DNA of 33,066 nt from Eubacteriales bacterium (GTDB taxonomy: Bacteria; Bacillota; Clostridia; Oscillospirales; CAG-272), in the NCBI GenBank assembly GCA_045533315.1, contig JAZSHN010000101.1, positions 1 through 33,066 on the forward strand. The letters run 5' to 3'. Below, piece after piece: positions 18,177-27,298 of the stretch (the stretch's first letter is position 1; every line of letters begins with the position of its first letter). The position numbers and the translations under genes were made by a program. The notes under the pieces were generated by a model. That model saw only the letters and a program-made list of their open reading frames with translations, had not been told where the DNA came from and did no database searches.

Positions 18177-18349
18177 TTTCAAATCCTCAAGGTCAGTGAC
18201 TGCCCGCAATTTCGTTACACGGGTCGGCGCACCGTATTTTTTCACCCGCAGGCGAAGGAGCGTAAAGCCTTTCGCACGCGCGAAAGGTATTAGGTAATCG
18301 AATAGACCGCGGCAAAGAAGCCATTCGTCCGCGCGAAAGGGGTGTCGAA

Positions 18350-18721
18350 TTATTTTACCCGAAGCGAAAGGTAGGAAAGAAGCTCCGCCTCTCCCATTTC
18401 GCCCGCGGCAACCGACATTCCGATATGATATACCTCCTTGCTCGTGAGCGAGATTTCACATCCGTATGCGGTAAGCAGGGTCAGCATAAGCACCACGCCC
18501 ACGCGCTTGTTTCCGTCGACAAAGGGATGGCTTGAAATCACCGAAAAGCCGAGGTGTGCCGCCTTCTCCATCGGGGTGGAATAAAGCTCGCACCCGCCAA
18601 AGGTCATAAACGGGGAGGCGAGCGCCCCCTCGAGAAGTCCCATATCCCTTACACCGACGTCACCGCCTGTTTTTTCGGCAATTCTTTCGTGAATTTTAAT
18701 CGCAATTTCTGTCCTTATCAT
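18350..18721 (-). CDS. doc: Doc (death-on-curing) Fic-family toxin
   Basis: IH.......GG..GVRD.GLLE.AL, HPFVDGNKR; 123 aa. Confidence 0.92.
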   Translation of the reverse strand: MIRTEIAIKIHERIAEKTGGDVGVRDMGLLEGALASPFMTFGGCELYSTPMEKAAHLGFSVISSHPFVDGNKRVGVVLMLTLLTAYGCEISLTSKEVYHIGMSVAAGEMGEAELLSYLSLRVK

Positions 18722-18828
18722 TACGCAAGCTCCCCGAGGGCGTCGGCATATTTGTCGATTACCCCGTCCGCAATTTTCAAAAGCTCCTCGTCGGAGGGGA
18801 TTTGCGCTTTTAAATTTTCTTTTTCCAT
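18721..18828 (-). CDS. Putative minimal antitoxin (35 aa, MEKENLKAQIPSDEELLKIADGVIDKYADALGELA)
   Basis: GGAG RBS and a TAATG stop/start overlap with doc. The acidic amphipathic helix resembles the C-termini of Doc-associated antitoxins. Confidence 0.7.
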   Translation of the reverse strand: MEKENLKAQIPSDEELLKIADGVIDKYADALGELA

Positions 18829-18916
18829 TCTTTCTCCGTTATGACAACAAAGCTTTACATTTGTTATCCTTGTTCCGATTGTTTTATTCTGTGTTAACGC
18901 GACACGGGTGTGAGGT

Positions 18917-19870
18917 TTACGCCTTTTCGGACGAGGTCGCGGCATCGGCATTTCCCGCCAAAGCATCGGCAAGGCGCACAGCGCCGAGAACAAGATAATC
19001 TATATTTCTCTCGTCAAACACGGTGTCGCGCGAAGTGTGTATTTTGTTCGCATAGTAAAGTCCGCGGCGAGTTTTGTTAAGCGAGGCAACGCCGACACCA
19101 ACGGGGAACGATGCCTGGTCGGAGGGGTAAACCACCCCCTTCGTTTCGTAAAGGCAATCAATCCTCTCGCTCGGTGCAAAGGCGGCTTTAATTTCCTCCA
19201 CCCTGTCTCTCGCTCCCTTTTTAAAAACAAAGAGCATATTGTTTCCGTCGGAGACACAATCGAAATTAACCAGCAGCCTGTCCTTCATTATCTCCTTATT
19301 CTGCTTTGCAAAGAGCCTTGAGCCAAGCAAGCCCTGCTCCTCGCAATCAAAGAGTATAAACGCCGCGTCGGTGCTCCCGTGCATTTCTTCCATAATACCG
19401 AATACGGTCGCAACTCCCGAGGTATTATCGTTTGCGGTGTGCTTGTTTGCGGGACCGTACATCATAAGTACAAGCTCTATATAATAAAGCACCAGAAATA
19501 CCCAAATCGGAATTGACGAGCTTTCAAGCGCGGGTACAAGCTCGCGCAGGGCAAGCCCCACGGATAGCGGGAGGACAAGAAGCAAAGCCACAAGCGCAAG
19601 CTGATACAAAATGTACACGAATATATTCTTCGGTGTAATGAAATTCGGTATAAGCATCACCGGCTGTGTATCGTAGTGCGCGGTATAAACAACGCTTGCG
19701 CGCTTTACGTCGCCGATTACAATATTGCGTACGGAATTACCCTTTCCGCTTATTTGCACGGAATATCCGCACCCCTCGGCAAAGCCGCGTGCGTAATCTA
19801 TAAACTCGGTTTTTTGTGCCTTCGTTTTTCTTACCTGATATTTTTCCAAAAGCTCCCTACGGTATGACAT
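18917..19870 (-). CDS. M28 family metallopeptidase with an internal TM hairpin
   Basis: AHYDT, ANDNTSG, DCEEQGLLGS, NFDCV and IHTSRD zinc-ligand motifs; GGAGG RBS. Confidence 0.9.
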   Translation of the reverse strand: MSYRRELLEKYQVRKTKAQKTEFIDYARGFAEGCGYSVQISGKGNSVRNIVIGDVKRASVVYTAHYDTQPVMLIPNFITPKNIFVYILYQLALVALLLVLPLSVGLALRELVPALESSSIPIWVFLVLYYIELVLMMYGPANKHTANDNTSGVATVFGIMEEMHGSTDAAFILFDCEEQGLLGSRLFAKQNKEIMKDRLLVNFDCVSDGNNMLFVFKKGARDRVEEIKAAFAPSERIDCLYETKGVVYPSDQASFPVGVGVASLNKTRRGLYYANKIHTSRDTVFDERNIDYLVLGAVRLADALAGNADAATSSEKA

Positions 19871-19928
19871 ATTACCTCCGTACAGTCAGATATAACGCTA
19901 CGAGCGAGATTTAACAAAATATATAATA

Positions 19929-19957
19929 ATTATAATCCGCGCGGGAGAATTTGTCAA
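19929..19957 (-). promoter_or_regulatory. Consensus sigmaA promoter of the M28 peptidase gene
   Basis: TTGACA-17-TATAAT. Confidence 0.8.
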
Positions 19958-19964
19958 CAATAAT

Positions 19965-19996
19965 AAAGGCGGGAGGCGCAAAAAGCACCGCCCGCC
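19965..19996 (-). terminator. Probable terminator of the nuclease gene
   Basis: ggcggg...cccgcc stem, with a UUUAUU tail on the minus strand. Confidence 0.55.
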
Positions 19997-20058
19997 GTAA
20001 GTCAAAGCCGTTTCAATTAGATAATTCAAATCCAAACATCAAGCCAAAGCCACATCAA

Positions 20059-22164
20059 TCAAATAAATTTACGTCTGAATATGAAGAAAAGCACCGCGCC
20101 GAGCGTTACCGTTCCGCCCACGCTCGCGACTATAATAACGGTTGTGTCGCCGTTCTTCTCTTGAGGCTGCTCTCCGCCCTTGGTCGCGGGGATAATATCC
20201 ACAAGCTCGTCACCGCAGACGGTGCAAACCGAGCGCTCAAAGCCGTTTGTGCTTTCGGTCGGCTCCTTCACGACCTCCCTTTCGCCGTATGAGTGGTCGG
20301 CGTAGGGAAGCTTTGTTCCCTTTACAAGGAGCTTGTCGCATCTTTCGCAATGCTCGTCACCCGAATAGCCGAATTCGGAGCAGGTTGCCTCCCTTGCCCC
20401 CTTTACAACCGTGTTTTCGTGGGGGCAAAGCACGGGATTTATATACTCGCGGCTTTCGCTCTTGCCACATCCGCCGCAAGCGCGGATTTCGGTTTCGCCG
20501 TCCTCGCCAACCTCCCAATCGCCAAAGCTGTGATTTTCGGTTGCGGGAATTTCCGCACCTGTTGCAAGCCTTTCGCCGCAGGTCTTGCAATATGTGTCAC
20601 CGCTGTATCCGACCTCGCCGCAGGTTGCCGCCTTCGCGTCGCGAAGCTCTGTTTCGGTGTGTGTGCAAGCGGGCTGCTCGGGCTGCTCGCCGTCGGGCTC
20701 GGCATAGAAATGAGCAACGTAGTACGTCGCACTGTCTATCTCGGATATCGGGTTGGTGGAAATAGACTCGTAGGTTCCCGAGGAGCCCATAAAGAATTTC
20801 TCGCCCGTTGAAGATGTGTAAACAAGCGTCTTATGAGCGCTGTCGTAGGTAAAATACTCGGCGGGAACGGTGGCGGTAAGCTCCATTGTTCCCTTTGCGG
20901 TGTTACCGTCTCTCGGGTACATTCTTACGTAGGTTTTAACCCCGTCCTTGTAGAAAAAGAGCCTGTATGCGCCCTCTGTGTCGGCTACCGCCTCGAGGTA
21001 AACGTCGGCAGCCTGTTCAAAACTATCGGTTTCGCCAAGATACCAGGGGTATTCGGGTTTAAATACGTCGCCGTTAAAGAAAACCTCCTTATCAAGGCTT
21101 CCGTGGAAAAGTCCAAGCTTGTATGCAGTGCCCGTGGCAGGATTTTCAACAACTACGGGAGCATTATCCTCCGCGGGAGGCTCGGGAGTTACAACGTCAC
21201 CGCCGCCTATATCATCTCCGCCGCCTATATCGTCACCGCCGCCTATATCGTCACCGCCGAGGCTTCCGCCCGATGCCTTGCCCGACGGGGTTGCCATATC
21301 GGTGGGAACGGACTTTCCGAAAATGAGCCAAGCATATTCGGGGTAGTCGATAAATACGTTTCTGTTCCCCTGTATTGCGTAAACAACCTCGTTACGACCC
21401 ATTTCCCATGTATCAACAGGGTCAAGTTCACACCATTCAAGAAGCACGTCAACGCTTTGAAAAACCTCCGTAACGCTGTCGCAGCCCCAAGAAGAGCCCC
21501 ATCTTACCCACATATAAAGAACTATTCTTGCAACGTCACCCTTCGCATTGTCGTTAGGCTCAAAGAAGCTTCCGGAATAGGTTCCGCCAACAGTACCGGA
21601 GAGGTTTCCCGTGCTGGTTGAACCGCCCGAAACGTTGCCGAATTTTTTATTTCCACGGTTAGAATTTGTTTTGTTTTCGTCGGGTCGAATATGGTGAAGG
21701 TCAGCACCGCCTCCCGACGTGTTATCGCCGCCAAGAGATTGTGGCCAAACGTGCTCCCGGTTCCAGCCGTTACCGCTGTTGTACTCCGAATAGGTTGCTT
21801 CGTAGGAGGAATAGAGCATTATGATTTTACCGTTCTCGTTCTCACAGTCGGTTTTAGTGGCATAATCGCGGCAATTGTCGTACGAGGTTACCTTTTTATG
21901 CGTGCTTGTCATAAGAGTACGAAGCGATTGAAAAACCGTATCCTTTGACATTTGAGAGAGCGTATCAAAGGCATAGCTTCCCGTATAGTAGCCAGCCGCA
22001 GTAGTACCGTCAAGCGTCGTACAAACAACGTCCCTTTCTCCCGAGTTGGAGGTGGAGGAATATTTCGACGGCTGACCCGCTGCGGATGTTGGAAGAATAA
22101 CCAACGATACCAAAAGCGAAACAAGCATCAAAAGCGCAAGAGCGCGCAGCTTCAGATTTTTCAT
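20059..22164 (-). CDS. Secreted, membrane-anchored endonuclease I (Bsn/EndA-type His-Me finger) with Cys/His-rich repeats
   Basis: Signal peptide; WNREHVWPQS, DLHHIRP, NSNRGN and KGDVAR..LYM motifs; ATCxExGYSGDxxCxxC repeats; C-terminal TM segment followed by RRK. Confidence 0.9.
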   Translation of the reverse strand: MKNLKLRALALLMLVSLLVSLVILPTSAAGQPSKYSSTSNSGERDVVCTTLDGTTAAGYYTGSYAFDTLSQMSKDTVFQSLRTLMTSTHKKVTSYDNCRDYATKTDCENENGKIIMLYSSYEATYSEYNSGNGWNREHVWPQSLGGDNTSGGGADLHHIRPDENKTNSNRGNKKFGNVSGGSTSTGNLSGTVGGTYSGSFFEPNDNAKGDVARIVLYMWVRWGSSWGCDSVTEVFQSVDVLLEWCELDPVDTWEMGRNEVVYAIQGNRNVFIDYPEYAWLIFGKSVPTDMATPSGKASGGSLGGDDIGGGDDIGGGDDIGGGDVVTPEPPAEDNAPVVVENPATGTAYKLGLFHGSLDKEVFFNGDVFKPEYPWYLGETDSFEQAADVYLEAVADTEGAYRLFFYKDGVKTYVRMYPRDGNTAKGTMELTATVPAEYFTYDSAHKTLVYTSSTGEKFFMGSSGTYESISTNPISEIDSATYYVAHFYAEPDGEQPEQPACTHTETELRDAKAATCGEVGYSGDTYCKTCGERLATGAEIPATENHSFGDWEVGEDGETEIRACGGCGKSESREYINPVLCPHENTVVKGAREATCSEFGYSGDEHCERCDKLLVKGTKLPYADHSYGEREVVKEPTESTNGFERSVCTVCGDELVDIIPATKGGEQPQEKNGDTTVIIVASVGGTVTLGAVLFFIFRRKFI
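21195..21259 (-). repeat. 18-bp tandem repeat, about 3.5 copies, encoding GGGDDI
   Basis: cgtcaccgccgcctatat units in the linker after the nuclease domain. Confidence 0.9.
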
Positions 22165-22206
22165 TTTTCTCTCCTTTGCGATTTTTTCGCATTTTTTGAC
22201 ATTTTA

Positions 22207-22235
22207 ATTATAGCACAGGCAAAAAAGCAAATCAA
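22207..22235 (-). promoter_or_regulatory. sigmaA promoter of the nuclease gene
   Basis: TTGATT-17-TATAAT with a TGTG extension. Confidence 0.7.
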
Positions 22236-22385
22236 CCCCTTTTAAATATATTAAAGGCTTGTACGCGCTTTGCGGTCAAAAAACGCCTCGCGCAAAAAAC
22301 GCGAAGCGTGAAAACGACAACTATTATTTACACATAAAATGGCGCAAGCCGCAAAAAACCCCTCCTTAATTTAACACGGGGCGGG

Positions 22386-22943
22386 CTATGCGGTTTCGGT
22401 CGGCACAATCGCGATACCGTTATACACACTCTCAAAGCAATCGGTAACGTCCGCAACCTCCAGCCTTACGCCGTCGATTTTTATATAACGGGAGTAGTCG
22501 TAGGTATAGCTTGAAAGCGGGCGGGCATAGGCGTCGTCGGTTTGCGCGGCAACGAGGGGGTCCTCTCCCTCAAACCCAACGATAAGCAGGGTGTGATAAT
22601 ATCCTCCCTCGTTTTTTGCAAGCTGTATAACGTCACCAACCTCCGCCATATCGAGAGAAACCGCACGACCGTACGGTCCGACACCCGTGTTTGTCGTCAT
22701 AAAATTGTAAAAATAATCCACACCCGTCCAGGCGGGCGCTCTGTCATCGAGCGAAACGTAATACCAGCCGTAGGTTTTCGTGTAATTCATCACGCAGCTC
22801 CCCGCATAAATCGCCTGCGACACGAAGTTGGTACAGTTACCGCCGATGCCCCGAAAATTTCCAAAAACGGGGTTTTGCGAAAATGCATACCGCTTTGCGT
22901 ATTCGACCGCACGCTGGCGGTTATATTGCTTTGTTACAAGCAT
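22386..22943 (-). CDS. Putative amidase domain protein (Amidase_6/YhbB-like)
   Basis: YNRQRAVEYA, GGNCTNFVSQ, GDVIQL and YHT; start MLVTKQ after AAGGAG. Confidence 0.88.
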   Translation of the reverse strand: MLVTKQYNRQRAVEYAKRYAFSQNPVFGNFRGIGGNCTNFVSQAIYAGSCVMNYTKTYGWYYVSLDDRAPAWTGVDYFYNFMTTNTGVGPYGRAVSLDMAEVGDVIQLAKNEGGYYHTLLIVGFEGEDPLVAAQTDDAYARPLSSYTYDYSRYIKIDGVRLEVADVTDCFESVYNGIAIVPTETA

Positions 22944-23013
22944 AGCCACTCCTTTATTTAATATTTCTATATACAAATTATTCGCGAGTGTCAAATTTTG
23001 TGAAAAAAATATA

Positions 23014-23042
23014 TTGTAAAATCCCGAAATATGGTGTATACT
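23014..23042 (+). promoter_or_regulatory. sigmaA promoter of guaA
   Basis: TTGTAA-17-TATACT. Confidence 0.65.
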
Positions 23043-23076
23043 TTATTTGTAAAATTTATTTGGAGGTTCTTTCCCT

Positions 23077-24078
23077 ATGTGCGATAACAAAAGACCCGAC
23101 GGTATGCTCCGAATCAATACAAAGGAGCTTGCAAATTCATTCATTGACGAGCAGATTAAAAAGGTAAGAGAGCAGGTTGGAGATAAAAGGGTTCTTCTCG
23201 CTCTTTCGGGCGGAGTTGACTCCTCGGTTGTAGCCGCCCTTCTTATCAAGGCAATCGGCAAGCAGCTCGTTTGCGTGCACGTAAACCACGGTCTTATGAG
23301 AAAGGGAGAGTCGGAGCAGGTTATCGACATCTTTGGAAGGACGCTTGACGCAAATCTCATTTACATTGATGCAACCGACCGTTATCTGAATCTTTTGGCG
23401 GGAGTTTCCGACCCCGAATCAAAGAGAAAGATAATCGGAAAGGAATTTATCGAAATTTTTGCAGAGGAAGCAAGAAAGCTCGAGGGCATTGAATTCCTCG
23501 CACAGGGTACAATCTACCCCGACATTCTTGAGAGTGTAAAGGCGGCAGAGGGTAAAAAGGCGGTCAAATCCCACCACAACGTTGGTGGGCTTCCCGAGGA
23601 CCTCAAGTTTGAGCTTGTTGAGCCAATAAAGCTCCTTTTCAAGGACGAGGTAAGAGTTGTCGGAGAGGCGCTCGGACTTCCCCACGCGATGGTTTACCGT
23701 CAGCCGTTCCCCGGTCCCGGACTTGGCGTAAGATGCCTTGGTGCAATTACGCGCGACCGTCTTAACGCACTTCGCGAGGCGGATGCAATCCTTCGCGAGG
23801 AGTTTGACATCGCGGGACTTAACGAAAAGGTATGGCAGTATTTCGTGGTTATCCCCGACATCAAGAGCGTCGGCGTAAAGGACGACTCCAGATACGAGGG
23901 CTGGCCCGCAATCATTCGCGCCGTAAACACCACCGATGCAATGAGCGCAACGGTCGAGGAAATTCCCTACGCCGTCCTTCACAAAATCACCGCGCGCATC
24001 ACCTCCGAGGTTGAGGGCATCAACCGCGTCCTCTACGACCTCACCCCAAAACCCGTCGGAACGATTGAGTGGGAATAA
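23077..24078 (+). CDS. guaA: GMP synthase, synthetase (ATP-PPase plus C-terminal) part only
   Basis: LSGGVDSSV, LAQGTIYPD, KSHHNVGGLP, RQPFPGPGL and KPVGTIEWE motifs; GGAGG RBS. No glutamine amidotransferase domain is present. Confidence 0.93.
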   Translation: MCDNKRPDGMLRINTKELANSFIDEQIKKVREQVGDKRVLLALSGGVDSSVVAALLIKAIGKQLVCVHVNHGLMRKGESEQVIDIFGRTLDANLIYIDATDRYLNLLAGVSDPESKRKIIGKEFIEIFAEEARKLEGIEFLAQGTIYPDILESVKAAEGKKAVKSHHNVGGLPEDLKFELVEPIKLLFKDEVRVVGEALGLPHAMVYRQPFPGPGLGVRCLGAITRDRLNALREADAILREEFDIAGLNEKVWQYFVVIPDIKSVGVKDDSRYEGWPAIIRAVNTTDAMSATVEEIPYAVLHKITARITSEVEGINRVLYDLTPKPVGTIEWE

Positions 24079-24137
24079 TCGAATTGTTTTTGGGCATAAC
24101 CCATTAACCACAAAAGACAAAATTGAATAATCAAACC

Positions 24138-24173
24138 AGACCTTGAAGGAGCTTTCCTTTGAGGTCTTTTTTT
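24138..24173 (+). terminator. Intrinsic terminator of guaA
   Basis: agaccttgaagga-gctt-tcctttgaggtct followed by a T-run. Confidence 0.85.
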
Positions 24174-24523
24174 ACTCAAAAAGTGCCGTAAAGCCTTGAT
24201 TTTCGGGCAAAAGTGTGAATAAAATAATTGTTTTATCTCATTCGCTGTGGATAAAAATTTTTGCCCCGATGACGATAGAAAGGTTTGTCAAAGACACGAA
24301 TAAATCCAAAGCTCCGTTGCTTTTTATCCGTATTTGTATTTTTTCTGTTATACCACCGCCAAAAGGCATCGGTGCCGTTTTGGGGGCTGCAGCTCCGCCG
24401 TTTGGATTTGAAATCCTGCGCTTGGCACTCGGCATTTCTCGCGTTTGACAGTCAATGCTCCCCGATTGGCTCTCGGTATTCCCCGCACTTGGCGGCTGCA
24501 ACGCTGCAATCCGTGCCGCATAC

Positions 24524-24552
24524 AAAAACCGACCCGTTTTCAGGGTCGGTTT
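24524..24552 (-). terminator. Intrinsic terminator after surface-protein gene B
   Basis: aaaaaccgaccc...gggtcggttt. Confidence 0.8.
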
Positions 24553-24623
24553 CTTCCATTATTAATATATCGCTGATAGATATGTTGATTTTTTCTGCGA
24601 CTACCGCGGCGCGGGCGGAAAAA

Positions 24624-27218
24624 TCAATTTTCACCCGTAATCTTCTTTACGATTACCGCGACAATTTCGCTTACGCCGCAATTTGCACGTACCGATGCGA
24701 CCGCCACTCCCGCGAGCGCATCGATTTCGGAAATAATCGCATTTGCGACACCGTTGTATGCATTATATTCGGTGAGATAATACTCCATTGCCTCTGCGAC
24801 TCCCGCATAGCTTGTGTCGGCGTTTGCAGCATACATATAGCAATTAACGAGAGCGAGGTATTTTCCCTCCTCCTCGGTTTCGGCGCGAAGAAGCTCCACG
24901 GCAACAAGGAAATCGTTAGATGCCTTTTCCATCGACTCAAGGCGGAAGGTCATCTCGTCATAGATTTTAAGCTCGTTCTGAATCGTTTCGTCGCCGACGT
25001 TCATTGCGAAGTAAAGCTCCTGTGCCTTGTTATAAAGCGAGAGAAGCTCCGCATATCCCGTCGCGGTGGACATAAGATTTACGGTATTCTTAAAGATAGC
25101 GGTATTTTGAACGAGAACGTCGTTGTAGTCGTCCTTGTACTGCTCAAGCTCGCTTTCGTAGATATAAAGACGAATAACCGCCTCCTCTACAAGCTCATGC
25201 TCAAGCGAAATATCCGCCGTCGATATATAGGCACGAAGGTGCGCGCAAATTCCCACCTTTTCAACGTAGCCCGTCGCTACAAGATATTTTTCAAGCATTG
25301 CGTTGATATATTCCGCATGCTCCCTTTGAAGAAGACCGTAGAAATACTCGTCCGCGGTATAGAAGAATTCAAGTGCCTCGGCAACGCCGGCAACGGTGTC
25401 GTCGTAGTTTATAACAAGCTTTCCGTTTTCGTCCTCAACCCTTTCGTTTACGACCTTACGCACGATAACGATGTATCTGTTGATATAATCGTAGTTTGCC
25501 TCCCACTGTTCAACCGTGGTGTACTCGGAGATAAAGGAGATGCAGTCGACGATAGTCTTGGAATTCTTTTCGCGAATTTTTTGAGCAAGAAGCTCCGCGC
25601 CCGACTCGTAAAGCTCAAAGCACTCCTTGAATCTTTCAAAGCCCTCGCTGTTCAGAACGGTGCGGTCAATTATAAGGTCATAGGCATCGACAGCGTTCTG
25701 ATAATGCTTTTGCATTACGTCCGCGCCGAATTTCGTCGCGGAATAAAATTTATCCACGGCGTTACAAAAGGCAAAGATGCTGCGGTCGTTGCCGATTGCC
25801 ACGGAAATATTGTCGTACCTTCCCTTTATATCAATGTAATCGGAGTCCTCCGATGTAAGAATATCCGCGCCGCAATCATTCAAGAAGGCTTCAATTTGGG
25901 CAAAAGCCGTAGCTCTGTCCTCCACGTTATCGAGCGTACGCACCTGATTTTCAAGGAACTCGTCAACAAGCGCTCCGAACCTTGTGAGGTTGTCGGTTAT
26001 ATAATCAAGATAAAGAGCTTCATATCCCTCCGAAGCGAAGGTGTTAAAGCCGTTTACCGCCTCCTCGAGCCTTGCGTTAAGCTCTGCAAGAGCATCGGCA
26101 TCCATCTCTGTGTCCACTACGGGAAAGAACTCGCCGTCCTCGTAATATTTTTCAAGAAGCTTGCTCGCCTCCTTATACGCGGTGACACGGTCAGCATTCG
26201 GAGCGTCAAGGCTGCTTGCGTACTCGCTGTAAAATACGAACTTCTCGGGCTCGGTCATTTTCTCAAAGAGGTCGGGAGTGCGGAGATAGGAGCCCTCGTA
26301 TGCAATAAAGTTATCTATGGAAACCTCCGAGCTTAAGCAATCGGGGTTAGAGGTTCCGTAACGGAATATCGAAAGCTCGTAGTGAGAAACACCCGCGGGC
26401 CTTGTATCCCAGCGAGCAATGTATTCATAATCGACGTAAAGGGTTACAAAGCAGGTGTCCGACTCGTAAATCAAGGAAATGTGAGTCCATTCGCCGTTAA
26501 AGCCAAGCTTTACTTGGGAAAATCTTTCCTTTTCCTCTGCGGTAAGCTCGTAGCCCGACTTGCAGCTTTTACCGACGAGCGACGGAGAAATGCTTCCGTC
26601 TGCCTTTATTTCAAGTATTCACGGCTGTGCTCCTCCGCCCGCACCGGTGGAAACCGTCGAATGCTCAAATCCCATAACGGGATACGCCTTGCCAAAGGAG
26701 GTGACATCAAGCTCGATTACGAGATTGTTTTTCTGTGTACGGTTAGACACGCTTATATAGGGGTAAGAATGTATTGCGCCGTTTGCCGCCTCGTACTCCT
26801 TTTCCGCCGCACCGTTATATCTCACAACAAAGTGCGCGTTTCCGTTTTCCTCGTGCTCGACGCGTATATCGTTAACGCCGACGTCGGAAAGAATCTGTCC
26901 CCACGGGGTGTTAACGGTCGTTCCCGATTTCTTCCATCCGACAAGCTCGGGAGTTCCATCCTCCCATGTTAAAGGTCCCTGTATTACAGGAAGAGCATAT
27001 TGCTTTAGGGGTGTTGCCGCCTCGATAGCCGCAAGCCTGTCGGCGAGAATGGAATCCATTTCGGGGGTTTCCCCTGGAGTTACCTCCGGAGCAGCTGTAC
27101 CGTCGCCGTTGGTCTCGGGCTCGGTCGACTCCGAATTTGCAAACGCGGTGGTAAGCACACCGAACGAGAGCGCAAGGACGAGCGCAAGGACAAGGAATAT
27201 CCTTTTAAAGTTCTTCAT
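24624..27218 (-). pseudogene. Large secreted protein B (~864 codons) interrupted by one in-frame TGA at 26619-26621; paralogue of 27486-30392
   Basis: ORFs 26619-27218 and 24624-26474 are in the same frame. The 48 codons between them are open (ILEIKADG...GEWTHIS) and align with the paralogue. There is an N-terminal signal peptide. Pseudogene, recoding and sequence error cannot be told apart from sequence alone. Confidence 0.75.
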
Positions 27219-27269
27219 AAATGTTCTCCGTTCATTGAAAGAAGTATCAAGATATTTTTACACATTATA

Positions 27270-27298
27270 ATAATAGCACACGCGCGTCCGTTTTTCAA
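27270..27298 (-). promoter_or_regulatory. sigmaA promoter of gene B
   Basis: TTGAAA-17-TATTAT with a TGTG extension. Confidence 0.65.

Noticed and set aside
22995-23076. Purine riboswitch before guaA
   Set aside because: The promoter is only about 35 nt from the ATG, leaving no room, and no aptamer motif is present.
24285-26336. 683-aa plus-strand ORF (also 27804-28484, 28515-29453 and 29508-30434)
   Set aside because: These are antisense shadows of the surface-protein genes produced by codon bias, with no RBS or motifs.
26619-26621. Genome-wide UGA reassignment (code 4/25)
   Set aside because: ddl, tsaD and the nuclease end in TGA at the expected positions, and TGG is used for Trp.
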